Source of the DNA: Lama glama
Taxonomy: Eukaryota
DNA: 64,000 nt
Direction of reading: 5' to 3'
Assembly: GCA_028534125.1 (NCBI GenBank)
Contig: CM052816.1
Span: 70,496,001-70,560,000 of the forward strand
Of this stretch, positions 12,670 through 25,790 are shown in pieces. How positions within the stretch are numbered: the stretch's first letter is position 1; every line of letters begins with the position of its first letter. A program made the translations under genes and the position numbers. The notes beneath the pieces were generated by a model that saw nothing but the letters and a program-made list of their open reading frames with translations, made no database searches and was not told the DNA's origin.

Positions 12670-13332
12670 TGCTGGTCTGCAACCTCGGGAGTTCTCCAGG
12701 TGAAACTGAAAATTGGCCCTTCACAAAGACAGTATAATCTCCTGGGGGAGACAGGCAAATAAACCAACAGCCACAGGATAACTTCCAAAAGATGCATGCA
12801 GAGAGTGGCTTAGGGTCACAAAGGGGGCCATCTGAATCAGACCAGGAGGGTCTTGGGAGACTTTCTTGTGTAAGGAACACTTTTGCTAAATTTAGGACTC
12901 TATGTGGAATCAGCTGCGTCTAGTTGAGGTGAGCTGGTTAAGACTGGATAGGACCGCCAACCCTCCGACTTGGCATGCGTGTACGCTAAGTACACGGAGT
13001 GCAAGGAGAGGCAAAAGAAAGAGGCGGGTCGCTCCAGATTGGTAGGTGGCAGTTCTAATAAGCAAAGGAACTTGCATAGGAGGCTTGTCTTGGGGAAGAT
13101 AAGTAGATCTCTGTGCCCTCCTGCAAAATGAAGAGTTTTCATGGAGTCCTTAATAGCATTCAGTCACACATACAGCTCAGATGATCTCAATAACACATTG
13201 TGTTCTCAAGCCTTGGAGGGGCTGTTTTTGTGGGAACAGTGAGCAGAACATACATTCCAAACGGTGGAGGGTGCCTGTGAAATTGCCTGGGTTCGGCTCA
13301 CAGTTACGTCCTCTCGGTGACCTCCTTCAACA
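12670..13332 (-). mobile_element. ERV solo LTR with an internal foreign segment
   Basis: 12990-13332 aligns by eye in reverse to the LTR at 19553-19937; flanks cctag/cctgg. Confidence 0.7.
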
Positions 13333-16300
13333 CCTGGTACATTAAACATCGGTCTATTGAGCACTTTGAATAGATCTCATACAAGATTTTGTCCCATCAT
13401 GCGTTGTCCATTCGGGAAATACTGGTTCACTGAGTTATGCAGCTCTTCCAATTGTTGATACATTTCATTACACGATATCCAAAAAAAAAAAAAAAAAACA
13501 AGAAAACATACTGCCACCTATCTCATCAGAAAAGTCTACGTATCAGGAAGTCGTCATGCTTTTGCTGGCAGATACACATTTCCCCAAATTCTAATTTTCA
13601 TTTGAAAGCTTGAATTTTATCATTGGCAAAACATACTATCGGTTGTTTGCTTCAAATGCAAGGCCAATTGCATTCATTTTTGAGAAATATCTGTGAAATG
13701 CCCAAGGCTCAATAATCACAGTTTGTCTACCCATTGTTCTTTCAAGTAAAACTGATGTCCCACCGAAAAAGTGGCTAGATCATCCCTGAGACAACTGTCC
13801 TCCTGCAGCAGGCAGCAGAAATGCTTCATGTGTAGCGCCCAGATTTACTCATGCAAAATATTCATACATCAATCACTCAAGGGTCAAGATATAATAAAAG
13901 CAACAATTTTTACAGCTTCGTCAAGGACATTCTCAAGAATAGCCTGCCTTCCTCTCTTCCTTCCTTCCTGCCTTCTCTCCCTCCTCCATCCCCTTCTTCC
14001 TCCCTCTCTCTCCATCTCCCCCACCCCTTGTCTCCCTGTGAGTACTCAGTGTAAAAGAATGCAGTGATTAATGCCCTTCCTGATCATTGTTCTTGCAGTG
14101 CAAGATCAGGGCACCATCACACTGCACCATCAGGGCAAACGTGAAAACAGTGAGAAGTGTAGCTAGTCTCTCTATTACTAGGAAAATGGTTTCGACCTGC
14201 TGTTCACTTTAAAGAGTCCTGAGACACCCAGGGACCACACTCTGAGGACCGCCAAGAATTCTTTTCCTTTCTTCATCTCTAGGCAGGAGCTCTGGGGAGA
14301 GGAGGCTCAGGAGTTTTTCCCAGCGCTCCCTTTTGATCTATTTTTATCTTCATATCGGGCTCTTTACTTATCTTATTTCCATATATACATTCACATAAAC
14401 CAGAAACCTCTGCTCTCTGTCCTCAGAGCTACTACCACACCGTATCAGTTCTCTCTGCCAGGGTTCTCTATGTAATCTCCTAATTTTGGTTCCATTGCTA
14501 CCCTCTTTAGTTAAAGCTCTTTTGATCTTTTACTGTGAGACAGTCTCCCAAATAATCTCTCTGTGCTTTCTCCACCCGTCTCTGCCCACTCTTTATACCA
14601 TCATCACAGTTCTCTTTCTAACATGCAGGACTGGTCTGCTGAAAATCATTAGAAATCTACAAGAAAAAGTTCAAGTACCTTAGCATTTAATCTCCCTGTT
14701 GAACCCCAGCCCACCTCTGCAGTGTCTCTCACTGCTCCTCCGTCTTGCCTGCTACACTTAGGGCAAATTCACCCTTTCACTGGCTGAATTCTCCCATTCT
14801 TCTCTGCTAATTCCTTGGCTATTTTTCTGCCTAGAATACTTTTCTCCCTTTTCTCCATTTCTTAAAATTCTACTTCAAGGGTCCAATTTTATAATCCCTG
14901 CCCAGCCCTTCCTATCCCTTTATTCAGAATGAATTATTATTTCGTGGCTCCTGAACCCCTAGTTTAAAAAAAAAATCTTTCTTTTGCATATACTATGATG
15001 TGACTTGAATAAGTAATATATGTATACTTCATCTTCTCAATTAAATGTTAGATTTCTTAAATCTTTTATGTTTATATCATAAAAGTCTAGTCCTGTACCT
15101 GGCAAGTAAGTTCCTAAATCTAGGTACTAAATGGAAATGAATTTCCTAAGAGTTTGATATTCCTCTCCCTAGACCTGAAAAAGGTGATGAATGTGAAATT
15201 CTATGTAAGACCTGAAAATTTGAAAGAGAAGTGACTCCTGAAATGTCACCCAGGGAAAAAAATCCATGACAAGACTGAGTGACACTGAGGATCTACTGAG
15301 TTTGATTCACCCCCAAGATGTCCAGGCACTGACTGAGCTGCATGATGCCCCAAAGTAAAAGCGGTATTTCAAGTTAAAAACAAATGAAACAAATACAGAA
15401 CTTCTATGTTTCCCAGCTCCCTGGACTTACCAACACACATGTACATTTTATTCATCCTTCTGTGCTAGCACCACTAGGCTTAATTGTCCTTATTGCTTTC
15501 AGGCGCGTGGCAGACACGTGACGCAATCTGCCTGCTCTGCTCAGAGGTCATTCTGAGTTTGCCCTGATTCCCCTCCAGGAGTCACTGAGTCACATCACCC
15601 TGTCTCCTAGTGATACGGGTAGACACATGACCCAAGGTGGATCAATCAGATTGTCTCTCAGGGATTTGTATTCAGAGTACAGAAATGCTAGAGACCTTGC
15701 TAACCATGTGGACTAGGACTTCCTGTTCCCTCGGGGTTTCTTTAATGAGTACCAAGAAAGCCAGTTTGCAGCTATTTCTAGAAAACAGAAATGGAAAGAT
15801 GAGACCAAGAAACTGAAGCACGCATGTACCAGGGAGAGAGAGGATGGGGAGAGAGGTTTCTCAATTTTCTGTTTCCTGTTATTTGTGAGATCTGACTGCC
15901 CTTCCAAACTTGAGTTCCATGAAATGCTCCAGTATCCTCCTAATATTTTTTCTTTTTCTTTTAATCTACTTTGAGTGTGTTTCCAGGCCTAGCATGAATG
16001 AGCTTACCTTTAAGGCATGTATGTTTCTCTCATGGGAAGTCCTTGAGGACAGAGAACACGTCTCATTCACTTCTTTCACTCACGGTCCCTGAAAATGGGC
16101 CTGACGCAGGCTGATGCACAGTAGAAGTTTGTTCCACTGATGAATAAACATATTTGCTCAACTAATGACTGACATCTTAATTTATTAAGATAAACCAGAC
16201 AAAAGAAGAAGTTAAGTCTATCTCTTAGAACATGGAAAAGCTCAGTGCAGGGGAAACATTGTTCATATATACTTTAGATTTTTTTAAAGAAATGTGTCAT

Positions 16301-19209
16301 TTGATGGGTCAAGCCAGCTACTCTGCCCTCTCTGGAAAACTTGGATGTTTCAGTCAGAGATCAGTTACTTTTTTTAAGGGGGAAAAATCAATCTTGCTTT
16401 AAATAATCTAAGTCAAGAATAGTTAATTGAACAGATATGAGGACACTTTAGAGAGCCCAGAGACATGAATCACAGCTTGGTCTCAGGGACCTAACGTGGA
16501 CACTGGAAAGATAAGAATACAGTTCACTCTATAACTTTTAGCAATTATATGAGTTCTTAGTTTTGCCTCCCTGTGTGTACCTGCTCCATTCTCCTCTCTG
16601 TACACTGACCTGTCTAATTATGCATCATTTCCAGTGCCTGATAACTTCGACCAGCAAGTACCTCTAGCTTTCCATGGCCTGCCTCTAGTTCTGATTCTAT
16701 GAGACCCAAGTTTAACTCAGTACTGGATCTTCTTTAGTTTGACACACTCTTAAGACCATTCATGATGATTTTTTCCCCCTTCAAGTCCTCTGCCAATCTT
16801 TGATTTTTTTAGGTAACTTTTGTTCTTTTCTCAAGCTAAGACCCCTCCTTTCTCCACCATTTGACAATTTCACTTTTAATGCATCCTATGGCTGACACTC
16901 ACTCCTGTTTTACTTGAGGTAATTTTGATTGTACCATTTGGATTGGAGTCAGTCCTTTTAGATGGAACTGAATTTCAAATATTTAACATCAAAAGGTCAA
17001 ACAGAGCCAATTTTGCCGTTAGGATTCAGTTAACTGGCAGGCCAGGGAGCTTTGTTTACACATCAAAAGTATGAAATCAGCGAAGATGGGAGAGCCTCAA
17101 AAGATTTTGAACTTGAGTTTTGCCAGGAATTATAGTCTTAATCATTCAATCTAGATCTTTTCTGCTTCTGCTTCCCCTGTTAAGCTACATAAGAAAGCAA
17201 CTGCTACTACTATTGCTACCTCAGAAACTTTGGTCCATTTGAATCTTGTCATATTTGTCTTTAAGTTTCTTGCATAGTTCTCTTCCAGACCTTCTATCGC
17301 TCTTTCTTATAAATTCTTGTAGTGTCTAACGTGATCCTTCACTCGAATTAAGTTGAGAATCTTGCAGTAAATTCACTTTTGTCATTTATCCACATAATAC
17401 AATTTTGTTCAGCACCTACCACGTGCAAAGTCATAGGCTGAGCACTGCGGTAAGAACCAATATGTTAACTGCCCATCCTCAGTGTAACAAATATTGTCCT
17501 CAGAGCCTTGCTCTAGCTGAAGTCACAGGAGGCATACGAGTGGAGAATATGGAAGTTCAGTCTGGTTTATGCCATTCAGTGGAATGGAAGAACGTTTAGG
17601 CACATTTTCTTTAGATTCAGTCTGAACCTTTATAAAAGTACAGTTATATGGAAGGTGGCTCATCAAAAACCTTTAGATCTGAAGGTCAATGGAAATGTTT
17701 CAAGGCTGCAGTTTGAGGGGACCTAGCATTTCCCAAGCCCTTAGAGCCATCCGTTTTCACACGCCATGCTGTGGTGGTGCAGTTCCTGCTCTTAGAGCTG
17801 CAGCCCGTGACAGATACATAGAGGCAGTAGCGACTGCCACACATTTGTAAACTGAAACTTGTCAGCTGCCAGTCTTTGAGTACAGATGAGATCCCATTCA
17901 TGCCAATGCCCAAATGTCCTCCTCTCACTGTTCCCTCCTACCTGTGTAGGGCCCTCAACCCCTTAGCTATTTCTTGAGTCCCTGGGTTGTGACTTACACA
18001 TCTGGGCTTGAAGATCAGGCTGCCATTGGCCTCTGCAGCTTGAGGCCATGCTCTCCTCCACCACTGCGTGTGTGTGGATCTCTGCCCATTTCCACACTTG
18101 TGATGACTTCAAACTTCATGCTGTCATGAATCTGCCTGAAAATGAGGAGGCTGCTACCTCCTCTCCGTCTGACATTTTCTTAGAGGGATTCCCAGAGAGG
18201 CCTGCATTCGCTCCAATGAGTTACAGGAGCCAGTGGGATTCACCTGTGGCCCTGCCTCCCTCTCCTCCCCCCACCCCAGGTGCATACCTGGATCCAGGGC
18301 AGCTGAATTCCAAAGCGTTCAAACAAGTTACCACATTTTATCCAGAAGCACTGTTTCCTCCTGACCCTTGGCTTTGTTTCTTAGGCCAGCTCAGAATTTT
18401 TTCCACCATGCTTCCTTGAATTTTTGCTTCTGATCTTTTCCATTCTCCACCCTCTTCTTCCCCAGCTACCTAATTCCACATGACACGTATGACTAAATCT
18501 CAGCTCCAACCCCAGCACAACTCCCTGCCATACACTTAGATATATTTTGTTTAAGTAGAAAATTATACTAGTGATTGTTCTGGTTTTTCCTTTAACAGTT
18601 GCGTTGAGATATAATTGACATATATGAACTGCACTATTACAGTTGTATGATTTGATGTCTTGGCACTGCATATTTAAACTTTGAACAAAATTTAAATAAT
18701 ACTAAAAGATTTTTAAAAGTACACACCCACAGTTGTGTAGGAGTGTGTGTGTACTCCCACACGCCTGCATATTTGTGTGTGAGGTTGGAGGGCAAGGAGG
18801 AGGCACTCAGAGGAGACAGATTAACTCGAGGACCCAGACAGAGACAGGAGGGCTGGTCTTACAGAGCCACATGTCTGTTTGAGCTGTGAAACCTTCAGGG
18901 TAGGAACTGTCCCCAGGAGACAGTCATCCTGTGAAATATTAACCCAAGGAACTGGAGGTTTTCAAGGGGAAATATTAACCTCAGTAAAGCAAGGTGTCAG
19001 CTCTAAATCCCCAGGCTCTGGGTGTGTGGAAATAGATTAGAAGGATTACAGAGCAAAATGGTAAATGGTAGTATCATCCCAGGGACAGAGTAAAAGACAT
19101 TGCTGTATTTTGGCCAAGTTGTACCATAAGTGGTGTGGTCAATGGTTTCCTCATTTTAGCAAGCGCGTGACTGGATTATGAGCCAGAGGAGGGACTGACT
19201 CCTCTACCA

Positions 19210-20102
19210 GTTAGAAGCCACAGAACGCACCACTTTGACATAAGGGCTCTTTTGAGCTGAAAGCAATTGAGAACAAACAGACTCAAGAAAAACTCTCTGC
19301 CCTTCCCCTCTCTACCTGGAGTGCAGGACAACTCTCAATCACCAGAGACTACTCCAGATTTACAAACCAAAAGAGGGCACCAGAGAAAATAACATAACAA
19401 GCCTTATCAACTAGCCCTCATCTTTCATTAATTTCTCCACATTTACTTTTCCACAGTTTGCAGCCCATAAAAGCCCAAACTACTTTTCCTTTGTCTTGTC
19501 ATTTTCTCTACAAAATTCTTGTGCTTTGTTGGATGCTCTATAAGGAGTTGATTGTCCAGAAGATGTGACCAGCCAGTGACCCACGAGCTGGACCCAGGCA
19601 ACCAGGGGCTCCTCACCTCATCCCCTGTCCTTGGAATGTGTGTGCCACCCACTGTTCCTCAACTAGGGGCCACATCTAGGATGCAGCCTGGAGAGAGTAA
19701 TGTGTTACTGAGACATCTGGACAGTGTACATGACTGAACCTTGTTAAGCCTCCCATGTAAACTTTTAAGATTCTGGCAGGTGAATGCAGAGATCTACTCA
19801 TCTTACAGCCGCCCAAGACAAGCCCTGTGTGTAAGTTCCCTTGCTTATTGAATCTGCCACCTACCAATCTGGAGTGGCTGCCTCTTTCTTTTGTCTCTCC
19901 TTGCTCTCCATGCACAGGGGCCAGTTTGCAAACAACACCTTTTGAGTTACTCATCACTGAACTTCCCATGTATATGCTCCTTGCACGACGTAATAAACTT
20001 CTGCTTTTTTTTTTCTTGTTTTTCTCTCTTTTGTCAGTCTAATTCACAGTGCCCCAGGCTGTGAACATAAAAGGGTGGAGGGAAAACATCCCTCCCCCAC
20101 CA
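19210..20102 (+). mobile_element. MER34/MER39-like ERV1 LTR, interrupted by a second LTR
   Basis: ccactttgacataagg...ttttgagctgaaagcaattgag; AATAAA at ~19992; ends aaaacatccctcccccacca. Confidence 0.7.
19553..19937 (+). mobile_element. Nested ERV solo LTR
   Basis: TG...CA termini; same family as 12990-13332. Confidence 0.75.
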
Positions 20103-20439
20103 AGCATGTTCAGATGATGGATACCAAGAGCAGAAGAAGGCAACTATGCGCTGGGCACCATACCATGCAGTTGGGTCCATCATGAGGGGAAGAGGAGCAG
20201 AGGAGAAGGAAGCCAGGAGGACAGGATTGCTGCTAATTGATACCTGTGAAATCCACATTCTAGTGACCCACAGAAGATCCGAGGAAAGATCTAGGTCTGG
20301 TGGTCCTGCACAGCTCTAAACAGGACTTGAACCAGAGAAATCTTACTGTAATACCCCCATCTAGCTCATCGGCATGCCTCAGTGTAATGGCCCTCAGGCC
20401 TGGGAACTCAAGGATCTCACGCATCTGCTCGCTGTATTA

Positions 20440-20929
20440 CAGGCAGACCTCATTTTATTGCGCTTCTCTTTCCTGCGCTTTGCAGATACTGTGTTTTTTT
20501 ACAAATTGAAGGTTTGTGGCAACCCTGTGTCGAGTAAGTCTATCGGCACCACTTTTCCAACAGCATTTGCTCACTTTGTGTCTCGGTGTCCCATACTGGT
20601 AATTCTCCCAATGTTTCAAACTTTTTCATTATTATTATATTTGTTAGGGTGATCTGTGATCAGTGATCTTTGATGTTATTACTACTACTTGCTGGAAGCT
20701 CAGATGATTGTTAGCATTTGTTGCAGTAAAGAATTTTTAATTGAGTTATGTACATTAGTTTTTTTTTAAGACATAATGCTATTGCATACTTAATGGACTA
20801 CAATATAGTGTAAACATAACTTGTATATGTACTGGGAAACCAGAAACTTCATGCAACTCGCTTTGTTGCAATATTCACTTTATTGATGTGGTCTGGAACT
20901 GAGCCCGAGATGTCTCTGAGGTGTGCCTG
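20440..20929 (+). mobile_element. Tigger1-derived internally deleted DNA transposon
   Basis: TIRs caggcagacctc / gaggtgtgcctg, TA at the left flank, Tigger1 5' sequence tacaaattgaaggtttgtggcaacc. Confidence 0.9.
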
Positions 20930-21469
20930 TGTGTATTATTGCATGTAAGTTACTTTTTACTTTTGTTTATAGTCTCTTCCCCACCCCCAGAGAAGGGTTT
21001 CCTTTTATGCCCCTCTCACTGGCTCTCAATATCTGCAGCAAAGCAGCAGAACTTCCTGTACTTTTCTTTGGGTTGTAGGCTGCAGAGATGGGCATGTGGA
21101 TGGAGGGGAAGATAAGTGAAAAGCATCAGGGCTGATTAGAAAGGTTTAGATCAACCAGCTGTTGAATCACTTTCTATCCGTTAATATACAGTTCATTTGA
21201 ACCCAAACCAAAACTAACTGTTGCTATTTCTACATGCTTAAAATTACAGACGTATGTTCTATAAACTGTGGCAAAAAAAATAAGTATCTATTTTTGACTA
21301 AAAGAAAAATCACGTTTGTTAACGCCATTTACAGTGGAGATTACATTTAAAATAGTTTAAGAAGGTTATTTTGAATCTAAAGGAAAAACAACTTCCTTGT
21401 TGCTCTAAATTATTACAGAAATGAAAAATCTATGTATACCAATGAGCAGAGGGCAGTGAGAGAATTATT

Positions 21470-21700
21470 TGACTGTTTACCATGTGCTAAGAATGCCATG
21501 TGTAGTCTTCTTTTAAGTTTATTTTGTTTTGGCTTCTCATAATAACTTTATGAGCTATTGTTATAATGTCCATTGTGTGAAGCTTATTCTTAGAGAGCCA
21601 AGGTCAGGAAACAGCCCCAAGGATGTGCAGCTAGTAAATGGCAGAGCTGGGATGTGGACCCAAGTCTCCCAGACTCCAAAATCTGCTCTCTTCCCACCAT
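21470..21700 (-). mobile_element. MIR SINE
   Basis: cagctagtaaatggcagagctgggat...cccaagtct...gactccaaa. Confidence 0.7.
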
Positions 21701-22184
21701 ATTAAAGGGCCAAATTATACTTTCAGATACAATTATACTTTGAGATACAAAATCCCAGATCACACTCTTCAAAACTGCTTTATAGGGAAAGGAACCATAT
21801 AAATGTACAGGTTGTTAATGTAGCATATAGGATCTGAGTATTTCAGTCACCCTGGTCAATATTTGAGAGAGACGTTTGTTCTCTTTAATCAGTTTCTAGT
21901 CAAGGCAGCCAAATGGGCTTAGACTGAAAATGCCTTTTAAAGATCTGACTAAATATGAAGAATCAATCTCTCTTCTTTCCTTTCCTAGACACTGTGGCAT
22001 TAACATCGGCATTTTGTTTCCTTACATTGCATCCTAAGGGGATTCTCTCCCATAAGGTCTGATAAAAAATACAAAATGAAAAAAATCCAAATATAATATA
22101 AACACAGTTCCCTCCTGACTGCCACACACACAAAGTTTCAAAGATAAGGAAAACAAACTTAAAAATATATCACAATCACAAAAT

Positions 22185-22540
22185 GCACCTATACGGTGGA
22201 ATGCTACTCAGCAATAAAAAGGAACAGACGACCGATATGAATGAATTGCAAACATTGTGCTGAATAAGAAAAGGCAGGTACAAAATGTCACGTACTTAAT
22301 GAATCCACTGACACGGCATTCTGGGAAAAGCACAACTAAAGGGACAGAAATCCAATCAGTTGCAGAGCAGGGCGAAGAGGGAGAAAACTGGCTAAAAGAG
22401 GCATGAGGAAAATTTTAGGGTGATAGAAATATTTTATATCTCGATTGTGGTGGTGGTTACATGACTATGTACATTTTTCAAAACTCAAAGGACTGTTATT
22501 TGAAAAGAATAATTTATACCTCAATAATCATGACTTTAAA
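22185..22540 (+). mobile_element. Old L1 3' fragment
   Basis: tactcagcaataaaaaggaac...gattgtggtggtggttacatgac. Confidence 0.75.
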
Positions 22541-23254
22541 TTTTTTTAAAAAATCCAAAATAGAAAGGAAATATGTCTATAGAAAAGGAGATCTGTGGGG
22601 TAAATTCTAGACTCAGAAATGACATCTGGGGAAGGAACAGTGGCGGAAATGGAGCTTGGCGTGCATTTAAGGAAACAAAATGCCGATGTTAATGCCACGA
22701 TGTCTAGGAAAGGAAAGGAGAGAGACTAATTCTTTATATTTAATCACATCTTTAAAAGGTATTGTCAATCGAAGCCCACATGTCTGTCTTGACTAGAAAT
22801 TGATTAAAGAGAATGATGTTTCCTTTTATAGTCAGTGAAAATGATACTTAAACAAAAAGAAAATGCCTCTTTGGAGAGCTAGGTGACTGCTGGGATGTCT
22901 GAGCAGTCCCTCTTGCTCTATTGTTTCTATCAGCTTAAGGACCCCTCCCTCACAATGCCTCCCATGCAGTTCAGTCAACATTCCTAGGAAAATCTGGTGT
23001 TCATTCTCATTTTTGCCTTCAGCCAACTTCTGAATTCTGTGCAGTAAGGGAAGTTCCTCTCTTCATGTTAAATAGACCCTGTCACATTCAATCCAACACA
23101 TGCTTACTGAGTACCTGTTGTGGCAACTACCTCTCGGAGAGCAGAGGGAAGACAAAATGGAAGTACAACGCATCCTGCCCTCAGAAAGCTGACAGCTTGT
23201 GGGTAAGATGCACTCATGCAATAAAGCCCACTCCTTGGGCATAAAGAATTTCTC

Positions 23255-23520
23255 ACATGGCCCCTTGCAGTCAGTCCTCTCCCCCTATTCCAGCTGCAGC
23301 AACCAATTATCTGCCCCCTATCAGTATAGTTCTGCCTTTTCTAGAATTTCCTATAAATGGAGTCATCCAGTATGTTATCTTTCGTGTGGTCTTTAGCATA
23401 ATGCTTCTGAGGTTAAACTACGTTGTTGGGTATCAATGGTTCATTTATTTTTAACTGCTGAGTGTATTCCACTGCATGGTTATACCATAATTTGTTTAAT
23501 CATAAACAATTTTAAACCAC
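23255..23520 (-). mobile_element. Old L1 fragment
   Basis: ctgccttttctagaatttcctataaatggagtcat...ctttagcataatg. Confidence 0.7.
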
Positions 23521-24849
23521 TCTAGGCTGAGTGTTCTGTTACATGAAGCAAAACACAGCCCCAAATGAATTATTATTTATCCAAAATACTTCCTTTTTCT
23601 GGAACATGTATATGAAAGTATTTATCCTTCTTTATGCAAATGGAAGATGATTTGTTTTCATGTTTTGCTATAAAGTGTTTGGCAATTATGGCTTTGATAT
23701 TATTTAAAATTTTGGGAAAACTTTAAAGGCACTATCAGGGATGGAATTCTTCAGAGTCTCAATTTCCCACCCTCTAAATACCATTCAAAATTTTGCTTTT
23801 ACCATTTTTAGTTCATATTTAGTTTTTACTATTTTTTACTAAGTCACTTGCTACTGCTGAAATAGTTTTTATTTAAAACTTTTTACCCAATAGCATAATA
23901 ATTTAATATCTAAGATCTTAAATAAGTAGAACTAATTTTTGACCTATGACAGCACTATATATGAGCTAATATATTATGAAATCTATACTTCTGCCTTATA
24001 AGCTCTCATAATTCTATTAAGAACCGACTTGTCACTATGAGAAAAGATCATTAGATGCAAAATGCATCATAGCTGTGCTGTATTTTATGTTTGCTCTATA
24101 ATATGTTGTCTTGGTTTTCACAGTAGCGTATCGTATGGTAATGATCCTAATATTACTACAATTTTATCAATTGGGTTCTTTTATTTGTATTTTTTGATAA
24201 GTTAAAACACTTGTCTGAGACTCCTGACAGTTGGTAGAAGGGAAATACACTGAGAAACAGTAACTTGAGAGGCAATTTTAGACATTAAATTAATATGGAG
24301 ACAGAAAAGTTAAAGAATTACCTTGCAGAATAGGCAGTTTAAGGACCTCATCACTCTGGGATATAGTTAATAGGTTAAAGAAGATTGAGATCAACACACA
24401 GACAGCTTGGTTGAGGCAGAGCTAATATTAAAATTTGAAACATAAGGATGTGCTTTCAAACAATTAGTACTTCTCAGAAGCAGAGCAGGGTCTGCAGCTG
24501 GAGTGGCGAGAACCTCACTCTTAATGCTTGAGAGAGACTGGCTCATACTATCTGGGATACAGTAAAGAAGTTTCCAGTATTGAGTGACTTTTAAATTACC
24601 TCCAAATCTATGACTCTATGATTAGCAAACACTGTATATTCATGGTTTTCCTTCCAAAGAGATATAATAACAGGATAAATAAAACTTAACTCAGTTTATC
24701 AATTCCTGCATTCATTCAATGGTAAACAAATATTCACAGAGTGTCTACTATGAGCCAGGTACTACAAAGATAAATGTGTACTTTCCAGTAACTGTTTTCA
24801 TTTCTGTTTCTGAGACTTCCTCTCAAGTCCCTGCCTTTGGGGGGAATAG

Positions 24850-25060
24850 CTTTAGAATCAGATGGATCTTGGTTTTTATTTCAGCATCACAATTTACTGG
24901 CTTTATAGTCTTGAATTAGCCCTTAAGTCCTTTGAGTCTCAGTTGCATCACTTGTAAAACAGAAATAATACCATCATTTAGTGAATTGATAGGATAAAAA
25001 AGTGTTGACAAATTGCCTAGTCCAATGCCTGGCACGTGGATGCAGGCAATAAATATTAGT
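24850..25060 (+). mobile_element. MIR SINE
   Basis: tgagtctcagtt...tgtaaaacag...tgcctggcacgtg core. Confidence 0.65.
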
Positions 25061-25159
25061 CTCCCCCCTTTTTTCCCTTTCCTTGTAGAAAAATGGGAGA
25101 CCTCACCCAGCTACATCAACTTCATGCAAAACTACCTGCTTCACATCCAGCAACTCTAT

Positions 25160-25790
25160 TCCTGGTCATGTATCTGTAAAAAATGAAAACTTAATTTGAG
25201 AAGATATATACACCTGAACATTCATAGCAGCATTACTTACAATAACTAAGATATGGAAGCAACCCAACAGGTGAATGGATAAAGCAGATGTGGTATATAT
25301 ACATATATATAGCCATACCCACAATGGAATATTACTCAACCATAAAAAGGAATGAAATTCTACTATTTGCAGCAAAGTGAATGGACCTCGAGAATATTAT
25401 GCTTAGTGAAATAAGTCAGAAAAAAACAAATACTGTATGATATCACTTATATGTGGAATCTAAAATATAATACAGATGAATGTATATGCAAAACAGAAAC
25501 AGACTTACAGCATAGAAAACAAATTAGCAATTACCAATAGGGAGAGGGAAGGAAGGGGGAGCAAATTAAGAGTATGGGATTAAGAGATACAAACTACTAT
25601 GTATAAAATAGATAACCAACAAGGGTATACTGTATAGCACAGGGAATTATAGCCATTATCTTATAATAACCTATAATGAAGTATGATCTGTAAAAATTCT
25701 GAATCACTATGCTGTGTACTTGAAACTAATATAACATTGTACATCAATTATGCGTCAATGAAAAAAATTATTAGAAAAACAAAACAAAAC
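25160..25790 (+). mobile_element. L1 3' end with A-rich tail
   Basis: ttcatagcagcatta...aatggaatattactca...ctgtatagcacaggga...tgaatcactatgctgt. Confidence 0.88.

Larger units (their letters stand above)
11070..14252. mobile_element. Charlie1-family hAT DNA transposon split by three later insertions
   Basis: Charlie1-like blocks (attgaggatcccaaagaacttttg; aaaccatatcaatgaactttt; ggttcactgagttatgcag) and the end gggaccacactctgaggaccgc. Confidence 0.8.
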
